Shown in pieces: positions 9,080-19,052 of a DNA stretch of 64,000 nt (its first letter is position 1; every line of letters starts with the position of its first letter). The notes under the pieces are model-generated. The model searched no databases. It saw nothing but the letters and a program-made list of their open reading frames with translations, and had not been told where the DNA came from. Location: the NCBI GenBank assembly GCA_964486045.1, contig CAZALK010000010.1, positions 64,001 through 128,000 of the forward strand, in the 5' to 3' direction. This DNA is from an uncultured archaeon. Its GTDB lineage: Archaea; Asgardarchaeota; Lokiarchaeia; Sigyniarchaeales; SOKP01. Both the position numbers and the translations under genes were made by a program.

Positions 9080-9940
9080 TTATTTTATCATAATTCCTTT
9101 CCAGATTAATTCTACTTCAGGATCATCCTCATTCACTTCAGTGTAAAAGTCCAATTGCTTAAAAATCGAAATTTGGCCACCACTTGTGTGTTTATAAACG
9201 TAATTTAGTAAGTCATCAATACTAATGAAATTAAATCCTGCTACTTTTAATTCTGAATCATTCACAATTAACAAGTCTTCTCGTTTGAAAAAACGATTTT
9301 CTTCAATAAATTCTACCATCAATGTAGGATCTACCTCTTTACTAATTACCTTAATTGGTGTGTCAAACGGTATATTTCGAAACGACTTACTGGTTGCAAA
9401 AATAACCTTATCTGGAAGTAGATTTTCTTGCTTAGCATAATTGGTAATTTCAGTTAATACTTTCTTGTAATTACTTAATTCTAAGATATCGTGACAAGAA
9501 ACCAACAACACTTTATTTTCACTAGTTTCAATGATAAAATCAAGAAACCGATCTGAACTAGAATTTATATTAATTTTTATTGACTCTACCTTCAAATCTT
9601 CCGTATATTTAAGATTTTGATAGAATCTCCACTTTACTGCTTTTTTATCATTTTCTTCCCTGCTGATAAAAACTTGAAAAAGTTTTTTCAATTGTTCAAG
9701 GTTTAATTTCGATAAATCTGCTATTTTATCAACATCAGTACCTATTGGAACATAATCCTTACTAGTAGTTGTCTTTGACTTTGATTTTGTGTTTTTAGTT
9801 TTTTTGGTTTTTTTAGATTCAACATCATCCAAATAAATTTGTAATTCGCTTTTTGTGAATTTTGGGAGAATTTGTTCAATAAGGTATAATAAATATTCTT
9901 TCGATTTATCATCCATTGTTTCATAAAACTGTAAATTCAT
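9080..9940 (-). CDS. Hypothetical protein in the che cluster
   Basis: 286 aa, GGAGG ribosome-binding motif upstream, co-oriented within the cluster. Confidence 0.8.
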   Translation of the reverse strand: MNLQFYETMDDKSKEYLLYLIEQILPKFTKSELQIYLDDVESKKTKKTKNTKSKSKTTTSKDYVPIGTDVDKIADLSKLNLEQLKKLFQVFISREENDKKAVKWRFYQNLKYTEDLKVESIKININSSSDRFLDFIIETSENKVLLVSCHDILELSNYKKVLTEITNYAKQENLLPDKVIFATSKSFRNIPFDTPIKVISKEVDPTLMVEFIEENRFFKREDLLIVNDSELKVAGFNFISIDDLLNYVYKHTSGGQISIFKQLDFYTEVNEDDPEVELIWKGIMIK

Positions 9941-9966
9941 TTTTTTTCCTCCTTTTTTTATTTTTG

Positions 9967-11982
9967 TTACCCAACGAAAAATGATTCCAATTCTGATTGC
10001 TTAACATCGCTACTACTTCCTATATTTTTTAAATAGTACATAACCTCTCTTTCTTGAAACGGTAATAAAGTATCAAATGTGAAAGAAATTTTCTGTTCTC
10101 TATTATTTTTTGATTTGCTAACTTTATAATCTAAGTTTGAAGATATAAGCTCAAAAGAATCTGGAAAAGTATCTGTAACATTGACATCACTTAATTTTAT
10201 ATTAGACCCATTTTTGGCTACAATGTAAATAGCAAATTCATTGCTACTTCTCCCTGGGAAGATCTCTTTTCCTACCATCAATTTACGCCGCTTGTGAGAT
10301 ATTTTAATAGCAGATTGATCCATCTTTGAGAGATCATCCATTATAATGAAAAATTCATTCTTATCTCCTGATCCTACATATTTTGGATAGTATGAGTGTA
10401 CTTGTAATGGAAAATTATACGCTTTTTTATAATCTGGTGTAATAGCCTTAAGAGGGTATTTTATTTCCAAGAAATCTTCTACTTCAATCACAGAATCTAA
10501 ACGATAATTCTTTAGATTGATACTTAACTCAAGAGTATGTTCATGTGAAGGATCATTATCATCAGGACTAACTTTTATTTCAAGATCGTCAACTTCTAAT
10601 GCGCCAGATGATCTATATAATTTATACTCGGAAATATCCCTAGGGGGTAAAAAGTCTTCTGGAATTGTTTCTAAAACCAGAAGTCCCTTAATTGGAATCG
10701 TTCCTTCATTGTTAATAATTATCCTAGAATTTATTTTCGTTTCTTGAAATGATTTGATTTCTCCTTCTGCTAATTTTTTCTTAATTAAAACGCGAGTTAA
10801 CTTAAATGTAGTCTCATCGTATTTTGAAATTAGCGTTGAATTACTCTCAGTTTTGTAATCTACGGAATATTCAACTTTTCTAGTAAAATTGGGTTCTTTC
10901 TCATCAATGATATCAAAATATTCTGATGTAAATTTCCCCCGAGGGAGTACAACTTTCTCATTAGCTTCACTAAAATCATATCCTAGTATTTTCTTCGATT
11001 TTGTTTTATCATAGATTAATATCGACTTCAATTTCATCTTGAAATCACTATGGTTTTCAAATATAAGTGAACACTGCCAATGATTAGGAGCATAATTTTT
11101 CTCAGATTTCTTGATTGCATGCATAGCATGAGAGTATCCTGAGAATTTATTTATTTTTACTCCAGATATGACTTTTTCTGATAGGTTAAAAGTTAATTCA
11201 TATTTACCAGTTTTTATGTTTTCTTTCTTTTTGGGAAATATTTTAGCGATAAACACTATTTCTACTTTTTCCATAGAGTTTAAGTTATTTATGGAGCATT
11301 CAATTGAATTTTGAGATATCTTAAAATCGCTATTTGAGTTACTTTTAAATTCCAAGTCATAAAAACCCTGAGAAAAATCTTTCTTTAGTTTAATTTTCTC
11401 TAGAGATGAATCTGATATATTTTCGATTGAAATCGAAAATTTTATGACATTCTCCCTTCCTATCATTAATAGATAATTATTAGCTTTACCATTGCTAGTA
11501 AGATATTCACTATCAACCGAAGAACTGCTTTTAAGATCTTCAACTTTATTTTCAATATTTTCCTGTAATTTTACCAAATCTGGTATTTCCTCCGAGTTGA
11601 CAATTTCATATTTTAAAACTTTATTTGAACTCGGTTCAAAAATCCCTAAACTGATGTTGTTTTCATCACTTTGATTATTAAATTGAGATCCAGAGAATTG
11701 TAAGTTTGCATCCCATATCCGATCCTTAATTGAATTATTGAATATTGAAATATTTCCATTACCGAGTGCTGATTTTCTACTTCCATTATTATCATAGTCA
11801 AATTCTAAAAATTCCTCATTTAATATTAAAATATCTGAAAACGCACCTGTGTAGCTTGATTCAATTTTCTTCTCTCGATATGTTTTTTCGACAAGTTTTC
11901 CTCCTTCTCTTATAGGGATACCAAGAAAATTTGGGCTCATTTTCGTTTTTAATTCTTCATAATCAACTTTTTTAAATCCCAT
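9967..11982 (-). CDS. Large cytoplasmic multi-beta-sandwich protein (DUF11/Ig-like repeats; N-terminus resembles an adaptin mu-homology domain)
   Basis: Repeated N-x-(G/S)-x3-L/I-x2-V-x-V-x-D/E-x-(I/F)-P-x2-F strands; no signal peptide or TM; GGAGG upstream. Confidence 0.6.
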   Translation of the reverse strand: MGFKKVDYEELKTKMSPNFLGIPIREGGKLVEKTYREKKIESSYTGAFSDILILNEEFLEFDYDNNGSRKSALGNGNISIFNNSIKDRIWDANLQFSGSQFNNQSDENNISLGIFEPSSNKVLKYEIVNSEEIPDLVKLQENIENKVEDLKSSSSVDSEYLTSNGKANNYLLMIGRENVIKFSISIENISDSSLEKIKLKKDFSQGFYDLEFKSNSNSDFKISQNSIECSINNLNSMEKVEIVFIAKIFPKKKENIKTGKYELTFNLSEKVISGVKINKFSGYSHAMHAIKKSEKNYAPNHWQCSLIFENHSDFKMKLKSILIYDKTKSKKILGYDFSEANEKVVLPRGKFTSEYFDIIDEKEPNFTRKVEYSVDYKTESNSTLISKYDETTFKLTRVLIKKKLAEGEIKSFQETKINSRIIINNEGTIPIKGLLVLETIPEDFLPPRDISEYKLYRSSGALEVDDLEIKVSPDDNDPSHEHTLELSINLKNYRLDSVIEVEDFLEIKYPLKAITPDYKKAYNFPLQVHSYYPKYVGSGDKNEFFIIMDDLSKMDQSAIKISHKRRKLMVGKEIFPGRSSNEFAIYIVAKNGSNIKLSDVNVTDTFPDSFELISSNLDYKVSKSKNNREQKISFTFDTLLPFQEREVMYYLKNIGSSSDVKQSELESFFVG

Positions 11983-12035
11983 TTTATTTTTCCTCCAATA
12001 TATTTCTTAATAAATTATTTTCTTTAAAAAAAATT

Positions 12036-14114
12036 TTAATTAGTTATTTGAGATACTATATTTTTATTGAACTTCGAAGAAATTATACTTAGCACATCAA
12101 TTATTAGACAAATAGCCCCTTCACCTGTTATTGTAGAACCTAAAATATCACGAGAATCTGAGTAATTAGATTTAAATGGTTTTACAACAATGTCAAGCTG
12201 CTGTAGTTGTTTGTCAGCTATAAATACTGCCGAGTTTGTTTCATCTCTTTGGCACCAAACAGCTATTTTTTTATGAGCGTTTGTTGTACTTTTCTTTACC
12301 ATCTCTAAATGCTCCTCTAAATAAATTATTGGTATTTTTTTACTACCAATTCTGTAATATTGTTCTCCATCTTCATGTTCAACCTGATTTGGGTTGAAGA
12401 AGTATATTTGTTTTATGTTTTCAGTTGGAATAGCGAATAAGTCATTAGAAATTTGCATTAGTTGTGCTCTTAGAATTGCTCGTGTAAATGGAACAATTAG
12501 TGTAAATCTTGTTCCAATATTTTTTTCAGAGTAAATTGTAAAATCTCCACCAAGTTCTCCTATTTTCTCAGCCACTATAGCCATTCCCATACCTCTTCCG
12601 GAAAGGATATCGGCCTCAGAGAGTGTTGAAAATCCAGGCATTAAAATGAATTTATGAAGCTCTTCATTATCTATCTCTTTTACCTCGTTCTCATCGTAGT
12701 AACCTTTCTCTACAACTTTCTTTCTAATTTTATCGTAATTAATCCCAGCACCATCATCTTGTACTTCAATATAAATTGAGCCTGCTCGTCTATATGTATT
12801 GATTCTCAAAGTGGCAACGTCATTTTTACCCATTTTCCGCCTTTCCTTCGGTAACTCTATTCCATGATAAATAGCATTCCTTATAAGCTGAACTAAAGGA
12901 GAATTTAGGTCTTCTAAAATTTTCCTGTCAATTTCGACATTTGTTCCTTCTAAAATCAACTTAAGTTTTTTACCAGTTTCATTTGCTAAATCGCGAACTA
13001 ATCTCTTATATTTTCTAAATGTTGACTCAACTCTGACTAATTTTAATCTGAATAGAATTTCTTGAATATCGAGAAATGGTTTATCCATTTTATCAAATAA
13101 TCGAGAGATAGTTCTATCTTGTTTTTCCTTTAAAAGTTGAGAGATATGATTCTTCATTACTATTAGTTCTCCAAAATAATTCATAAGCTCTTCTAAGTAT
13201 TCAACATTAACTTTTACACTAGAAATTCTAATAGTTTCTCCCGAAAAATCATCTACTATTTTAGAAACCCTTTCAACCTCTTCATCAAAAGTCTCTTCTT
13301 CCATATCAGTTTCATATCTTGATTCTATACTTACATCCTCAGGTTTCTCCCTTTCCCATTGTTCTTTAAGTTCGATAATTATTTTTTCAAACTCTTCAGG
13401 TTTCATTGGTTTTATGACTTTGCTTTCAATCTCTAGGATCTCAGCGATCGTGTGAGATATTTCGGTTTTATTCTTTGTAGTTATGAAGTATATTTCAAAC
13501 TCATTCTTCAAAGTTGCTTTTTCTAAATCTTCAGGAGCAGGATGAGTCCAGCATATTTTGCCATTTTCATTTAGTGCTCGAAATATTATAAATAACCTAA
13601 CTTTTTTGAAGACACATGTTTCTTCAAGCCTAATATAAATTTTAAATGGTTTGTTCTGCTTTTTTTGTAGAATTTTAGAGATTTCTTCTTGTGATAACGC
13701 TTGGATAAATGTTATATCGTAATCACTTTCAAAACTTTCAAAGCTATCTTTGATATCTTCCACAAATTTTGCGTCTAAGTCAGTTAAATCTCCAGTTTTT
13801 ACTCTTTTTATTACCATTCTTAACACATCAAGTGATTCAAAGAGCATATCAACGAAATCACTTTTCTTATTAAGACTGGCTTTTTTTTCTTTTGCATTTT
13901 CTAAAAAGGATTCAAAATGATGGCAAAATTTTGATAAGTTATCAAACCCTGCCATTGCAGTTAATCCTTTTAACGTGTGAAAAGTAAAAAAGAGTCCTTG
14001 AACTGGTTTTAGATCATCTGGATTTTCCTCTATATTTAGAATTTCATCTTCTGTTTTCTGAATCAGATCCTCTGCTTCACTAACAAATAGTTTCATATCG
14101 TCTTTGGATGACAC
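12036..14114 (-). CDS. cheA: Chemotaxis histidine kinase CheA
   Basis: Hpt FHTLKG, P2 domain, LIRNAIYHGIE, DDGAGI, PGFST...SGRGMGM, C-terminal CheW-like P5. Confidence 0.97.
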   Translation of the reverse strand: MSSKDDMKLFVSEAEDLIQKTEDEILNIEENPDDLKPVQGLFFTFHTLKGLTAMAGFDNLSKFCHHFESFLENAKEKKASLNKKSDFVDMLFESLDVLRMVIKRVKTGDLTDLDAKFVEDIKDSFESFESDYDITFIQALSQEEISKILQKKQNKPFKIYIRLEETCVFKKVRLFIIFRALNENGKICWTHPAPEDLEKATLKNEFEIYFITTKNKTEISHTIAEILEIESKVIKPMKPEEFEKIIIELKEQWEREKPEDVSIESRYETDMEEETFDEEVERVSKIVDDFSGETIRISSVKVNVEYLEELMNYFGELIVMKNHISQLLKEKQDRTISRLFDKMDKPFLDIQEILFRLKLVRVESTFRKYKRLVRDLANETGKKLKLILEGTNVEIDRKILEDLNSPLVQLIRNAIYHGIELPKERRKMGKNDVATLRINTYRRAGSIYIEVQDDGAGINYDKIRKKVVEKGYYDENEVKEIDNEELHKFILMPGFSTLSEADILSGRGMGMAIVAEKIGELGGDFTIYSEKNIGTRFTLIVPFTRAILRAQLMQISNDLFAIPTENIKQIYFFNPNQVEHEDGEQYYRIGSKKIPIIYLEEHLEMVKKSTTNAHKKIAVWCQRDETNSAVFIADKQLQQLDIVVKPFKSNYSDSRDILGSTITGEGAICLIIDVLSIISSKFNKNIVSQITN

Positions 14115-14138
14115 ATAATCACCTTATTTTTTATGTAT

Positions 14139-14537
14139 TTAGGCTTTTTTATACTTTAGTATACGATCCATAACCTCTAAGATTTGTTCAGTTTTGAATG
14201 GTTTTTGGATAAAATCTTTTGCCCCTTTTTTAGCAGCTTCTAGAACTAGAGCTTCCTGTCCTAGTGCTGATACTACAACGATTAATGCCTTTGAGTTTAT
14301 TTTTAGAATCTCCTCTGTAGCTTCAATTCCACCCTTTTCTGGCATTACTAAGTCCATAGTGACCAAATCTGGGCTTAATTTTTTATATAGGGAGATTGCT
14401 TCTACTCCGTTGGAGGCTTCACCGATTACTTCAATTTGTTCGATCTTGCTAATGATGTTTTTTAGCATATTTCGGGTAAATTGCGCGTCATCGACGATAA
14501 GTACCCTTTTCTTCCCATTCTTTTCATTCTTTGACAT
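14139..14537 (-). CDS. cheY: Chemotaxis response regulator CheY
   Basis: VDD, TMDLVMP, VSALGQ, DFIQKPF; adjacent to cheA. Confidence 0.95.
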   Translation of the reverse strand: MSKNEKNGKKRVLIVDDAQFTRNMLKNIISKIEQIEVIGEASNGVEAISLYKKLSPDLVTMDLVMPEKGGIEATEEILKINSKALIVVVSALGQEALVLEAAKKGAKDFIQKPFKTEQILEVMDRILKYKKA

Positions 14538-14566
14538 TTTATTTTATTCAACTCCTATTTTTTGTT

Positions 14567-15088
14567 TTATGTTAATGATGATAAATCTTGTTGAATCCTA
14601 AATTTTTCTACCTCGCTAAAAATCTTAGATAAGTCAAGCACCACCCTTGGTCTATCCTCAAAATTAATTATACCTTTGATAAATTCAATAGCAACACTTG
14701 TTTGAAAAATAGGACTCAACCCAATAATCTCCTCAGGAAGGATGTGATCAATACTGACTATTTGATCCACATAAAAACCTATGAGATCATTTTCTACTTT
14801 TAAAATTATTATAAACTTCTTTGTCTCACTTGAATCTTGTTCAAAAGAGGACCGCTTCTCATGGTATAAGAGGTATTTATCTAAGTCTAATTTTCTTCTT
14901 AAGTTAATTACATGAATAATATCTCCCCTGTAATTGTATATACCATCTATATAGTCGATGCTTTTCGGTAATTTCCTGATTTGTCCTGCCTGAATTATTT
15001 CCTTAACATCCAGGAGGTCAATAACAAATTCTTCCCACCCTATTTTAAAAGTAAGGATGGAAATTTGATCTATTTCTTTTTGAGCCAT
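14567..15088 (-). CDS. cheW: Chemotaxis coupling protein CheW
   Basis: VKEII...LPKS...GIYNYRGDIIHVINLR, GFYVDQI. Confidence 0.93.
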   Translation of the reverse strand: MAQKEIDQISILTFKIGWEEFVIDLLDVKEIIQAGQIRKLPKSIDYIDGIYNYRGDIIHVINLRRKLDLDKYLLYHEKRSSFEQDSSETKKFIIILKVENDLIGFYVDQIVSIDHILPEEIIGLSPIFQTSVAIEFIKGIINFEDRPRVVLDLSKIFSEVEKFRIQQDLSSLT

Positions 15089-15108
15089 TTTTTATATACC
15101 TACCGTTT

Positions 15109-15921
15109 TTATATTATAAAATATTGGTTAATGTTTTTTTCAAATTCGTTAAAGGGAGTTACATCCCCATTAAAATTTTTTAAATAGTCTTTATATTGAT
15201 ATAAAAATTCATCTGCAATGAGGTACATATACCTTTGAAGCAGTGAATTCATATTGTCTACCAAAAATGCAAAAATTACATTACTTTTTGATATAACATA
15301 GAATTGTTGATTCCCAAAATTAATTTCCTTGAGCTTAGCACCAGTTTCCTCTCCTATAATTGTATTGGAAAAGGATAAAAGAGCTGAAATAAATCCACCA
15401 ATGTGAACCTCGTGGTCAGCAATATTGCTACGAGCCTTATTTATTTTTGAAATAAAAGGACTTCCCGCAGAACCAATTACGAAAATAGCAATAATTCCCT
15501 CACTTCGAGGGATTTGAACCGTATTCTCAAATACTTCTATTATCTCTGTGATTGAAGCATTCGAAACTACTTTTTGATTTATTTTTTTTGATAAGAGGTA
15601 TAGACTTCCAAAACTTACAGACTGGTCCTTTTCCTCCATATAAATAATAACTGAAATATCATCCTCACTATTTTTAAAATATTGGATGAAAATTGTAAAA
15701 TCATCTAAAGGAATGATTGAATTTCCCTGCTTTTTGTTAATTATCTCTTTTTTATATAATTCAATAATATTCTGGATAAGCGGGACACCTATTCCTTTTT
15801 GAAATCCAATGTCAAATTTAGCACTAGAGCTAATGTCTGAAATCATTAAAATGCCATAACCTAGCATCTGTAATTTTTCTGAGCCATTGTTACTATTTTG
15901 AGCATTGTTCATAGCTATCAT
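15109..15921 (-). CDS. Longin-domain protein (possibly two longin-like domains); first gene of the che cluster
   Basis: C-terminal IFVIGSAGSP...GGFISALLSFS...LKEINFG...EFLYQY...FNGDVTPF, the Asgard longin pattern. Confidence 0.7.
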   Translation of the reverse strand: MIAMNNAQNSNNGSEKLQMLGYGILMISDISSSAKFDIGFQKGIGVPLIQNIIELYKKEIINKKQGNSIIPLDDFTIFIQYFKNSEDDISVIIYMEEKDQSVSFGSLYLLSKKINQKVVSNASITEIIEVFENTVQIPRSEGIIAIFVIGSAGSPFISKINKARSNIADHEVHIGGFISALLSFSNTIIGEETGAKLKEINFGNQQFYVISKSNVIFAFLVDNMNSLLQRYMYLIADEFLYQYKDYLKNFNGDVTPFNEFEKNINQYFII

Positions 15922-16375
15922 ATTTCTTACATGCTTTTTTTTTACAAAATCTAATTTTATGTTTAATGACTATGAGTTTTTTTACCTTTTTTCAATACCC
16001 ATAAAACTTTTGGTAAAAAATCATTAAGATCTTTAAGTTTTATTGTATTTTTATATATTTGAACTAAAAATCTTATATTAGAAAATATATATAAAGTTTT
16101 TGTTATAAAAAGATGTTATTCTAATGGAAGTAACAATTGTTTTTTATCATTTTAATGTTGTTCTTATTTTATTTTGATCATCGATCTTCTAGAATTTCAC
16201 TTTTTCTAGATGCATCAACGATTTTGTACTAAAAGAGCCTTCTACCCATTTATATTTGCTAATCCTCCCTTACTTATAACAAAAGTTTAAATTTCTAAAA
16301 AAAATTACATATTAAAGGTATACAAATTTATAATAAAGCACACAAAAATAAATTTGAACACATACATTTAAGACC

Positions 16376-17062
16376 ATTACAAGAAGTGAATCAGATATAA
16401 CAACAAATAATGTAAATATAGCAAAAGAAAAGTTTTTCCAAGAAATCCAAATCGTATGCCCCAAATGTAAAAGTAATAAGGAGCTGAAAATACCTGTCAA
16501 GGTAATAAATCAAAGTAAACAACTTACAACAATCTCAATACCGTCAGGATTATGTTGTGAGCATAGTTTTCAATCGTTTGTTGATAAGAATTTTATTGTT
16601 AGGGGCTATCAAAATGTAGACTTTGAGTTTTCTCATATGGAATTATATGAAAGTAGTGATTCATCTTTAGAGGATAAAGATGATCACGGAGATAAAGCAT
16701 TGGATATTTCTTCCTTACCTATTTTTCAAGGAATACTCCAAATATTAAGAGATTGTGTAGATGATAAAGAGATATTGGGGAGTGGGATATTTAGTATTGA
16801 AGGGAAAGTTTTATACTCATCTCTCCCACAAACTACGCTATTTAATACTATCCGAGAATTTGAAGTGAGGAGTGAAAGGAACTTGGTGAGTGTAAAACAA
16901 ATGTATCTTGAATTAGAGAATAATGAAAAATTTATTTCTAAATTTATGCAAATTAATGGGAGGAAATTCAATTTGGTCTTAATGTTTTCTTTTAGGGTGA
17001 AGTTTGGCATGGGGAATTTGCATTTAAGGGATTTATTGAAGAAAATCGCGAAACTAAATTAA
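16376..17062 (+). CDS. Zn-ribbon plus roadblock-like domain protein; true start lies upstream of track ORF 16637, probably non-AUG
   Basis: Frame open from 16358 and encodes CPKC...GLCCEHSFQSFVDKNFIVRGYQ before M16637; no ATG/GTG/TTG in that stretch, first ATT at 16376; C-terminal ILGSGIFSIEGKVLYSSLP is roadblock-like. Confidence 0.65.
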   Translation: MTRSESDITTNNVNIAKEKFFQEIQIVCPKCKSNKELKIPVKVINQSKQLTTISIPSGLCCEHSFQSFVDKNFIVRGYQNVDFEFSHMELYESSDSSLEDKDDHGDKALDISSLPIFQGILQILRDCVDDKEILGSGIFSIEGKVLYSSLPQTTLFNTIREFEVRSERNLVSVKQMYLELENNEKFISKFMQINGRKFNLVLMFSFRVKFGMGNLHLRDLLKKIAKLN

Positions 17063-17428
17063 ATTATAGCATTAAAAGTAAAAAAATCCTGATTTAAAAT
17101 TTTTTAATTCACTAATTACCCCTAATTCTGGGTTTTTTCCCATTATGACTCACAGAAATACCAATGTTACTCACAAATAAGAATTTGAGTTGGTTTCTTG
17201 ATAAAAATCAATAGTACAAGTTACTATCATTTTTATTAAAACTCTAAAAAAGTTTATCAAAATTCTATATACGTCAAATATTTTGCCTTCAAAATGATTT
17301 CAAAAAATTAGCAAAGAGTTATTTGTATGTAAACACGTTTTTTGAAAATATAAACCGAAATCATTTAAATATGGAAGTATAATATACAATTAAATAAATA
17401 AATTTGAATATAAAAGAGAAAAAAAGAT

Positions 17429-17683
17429 ATGCTTATAAGAGAGGAGGATATTAATAGGAAAATCCATACTGTCAAAAATATTTTAGACAATGTGTATGAG
17501 ATCCTTTCGTTATTTAAGCCTTTAATGGAAAAAATGCTTAAAATGGATGAAGCAAACCAATATAAGGTTAACGGCACTTTTGAAAAGGCAGCCTCCTTAT
17601 TTGGCAATATTTCCGATTTATGTATGGAAATAGAGGAAAGTTCTTTACCAACAAGTGCTTTTCTAGAAAGCTTAGGAAACTAA
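17429..17683 (+). CDS. Hypothetical helical protein
   Basis: 84 aa ORF with ATG start. Confidence 0.6.
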   Translation: MLIREEDINRKIHTVKNILDNVYEILSLFKPLMEKMLKMDEANQYKVNGTFEKAASLFGNISDLCMEIEESSLPTSAFLESLGN

Positions 17684-17874
17684 ATTTCTAGAGAATTTCT
17701 TAATCTTTCACTAGAATACTTGAGGGTATTGTTAGTATATCAATTAGATTTTAATTTTTCATTATTCCAACCAACAAAAAAAGCACCTGTTACTTTCATT
17801 TTACTAACTTCTTAGGCTAACTGGTTAATATTTAACTAAAATCTAATTTTCAAATATCCCAAATAGCTTAAAAA

Positions 17875-17975
17875 TGCGCCCGCCGGGATTTTCCCTAGGA
17901 ATCAAATTGATTCAAAGAATTGAACCCGGGACGCTGACTTGGGAAGCCAGCATATTACCACTATACTACGAGCGC
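17875..17975 (-). tRNA. tRNA-Gly(CCC) with a 30-nt intron in the T-loop (~17890..17919)
   Basis: Acceptor GCGCTCG/CGGGCGC-A, anticodon arm CTGGC-TTCCCAA-GTCAG, T arm CCGGG-TTCAA[intron]AT-CCCGG; 71 nt after intron removal. Confidence 0.92.
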
Positions 17976-18312
17976 TCAATAGTTAAAAAATTATGTTTTT
18001 TCGGTTAATATTAACGTAATATTTATTATAATAATCCGAAATATTAATTAAAATTTTTTGATTTAATAGGATAAGATTATTTCGCATAAGAAGTAAGAGC
18101 AAATGTCCTATTTTAATAAAATTATATTCAATCCCAAAAAATTGATGTTATGAGGTACTAAATGAAGAAATGAGGGGATTAAATTTCACAATAAAATTCT
18201 TAAAAACTTTATTGCTTTATTTTTCGAAATCTTTATTTTGACTCGGATTTTCACAAAGATTTAATTTTTAGCGTTTGAATATAAGTCTTAATTATAATTT
18301 CAAAAATCCATT

Positions 18313-18963
18313 ATGGAAAAATTAGAACTGATCATAGAAACACTTAACCGTCATATCCCAATAAGGATCTTTGGCTTATTTTCTATCTCATTCGGAATTA
18401 TAGGGGACCTGGTTGCGTATTCAATGTATCCCGGGTATGACATAACAAGAAATGCGGTAAGTGCATTATGTGATGGATCTGGTGGAGTGCTTTTTCAGAT
18501 AGGTATTGTCTTATCTGGAATTTTTGCATTTTTCTTTACGATTTATCTAGGAAATACGTTTAGTAATGAAATTGTGAGTCAAAAACTCAGAAAAATCTCA
18601 ATACAGTTTGCAATTATTTCTTGTGTTAGTTTTATATCTTTAGGAGCCTTCTGCGGTACAAATTTGATAATAGCTCTAATCCATGGTACTTCTGCTATAA
18701 TAAGCTGGGGATTTGGTTTTTGTTACATCACCCTTTATAACATCTTAATGTTTAGGGATCCTAAATATTCAAAATATCTTAGTTATTTCGGTTTTTTTGT
18801 TTCATCTATAATTGCAACGTTGATTACTATATTTTTCTTACACCTTATACCAACTTTGAGGCAACTCATGGTTTTCCTCCCAATTCTTGAGTGGATCAAC
18901 ACTTTTACAGTTATCCTATGGTATTTCATAATCTCAATTTATATGATAAACAAAAAAATTTGA
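18313..18963 (+). CDS. DUF998/Frag1-DRAM-Sfk1-like membrane protein
   Basis: About 6 TM helices; YPGYDITRNAVSAL, HG, LEW motifs. Confidence 0.7.
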   Translation: MEKLELIIETLNRHIPIRIFGLFSISFGIIGDLVAYSMYPGYDITRNAVSALCDGSGGVLFQIGIVLSGIFAFFFTIYLGNTFSNEIVSQKLRKISIQFAIISCVSFISLGAFCGTNLIIALIHGTSAIISWGFGFCYITLYNILMFRDPKYSKYLSYFGFFVSSIIATLITIFFLHLIPTLRQLMVFLPILEWINTFTVILWYFIISIYMINKKI

Positions 18964-19052
18964 TTTCTCGAAACAAAATATTTCTTTATGAAAGAGTTCT
19001 ATGAAATTTATTATGCAAATTTTTATTAGGAATAAAGCGTAGTGAGATAATT

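Noticed and set aside
17740-17799. Minus-strand mini-ORF MKVTGAFFVGWNNEKLKSN* resembling a uDENN N-terminus
   Set aside because: Only 19 codons and it lacks the GP motif; chance similarity cannot be excluded.
17875-17975. tRNA-Gly or tRNA-Leu as an integration site
   Set aside because: I found no duplicate of either tRNA 3' end in the window and no integrase gene.
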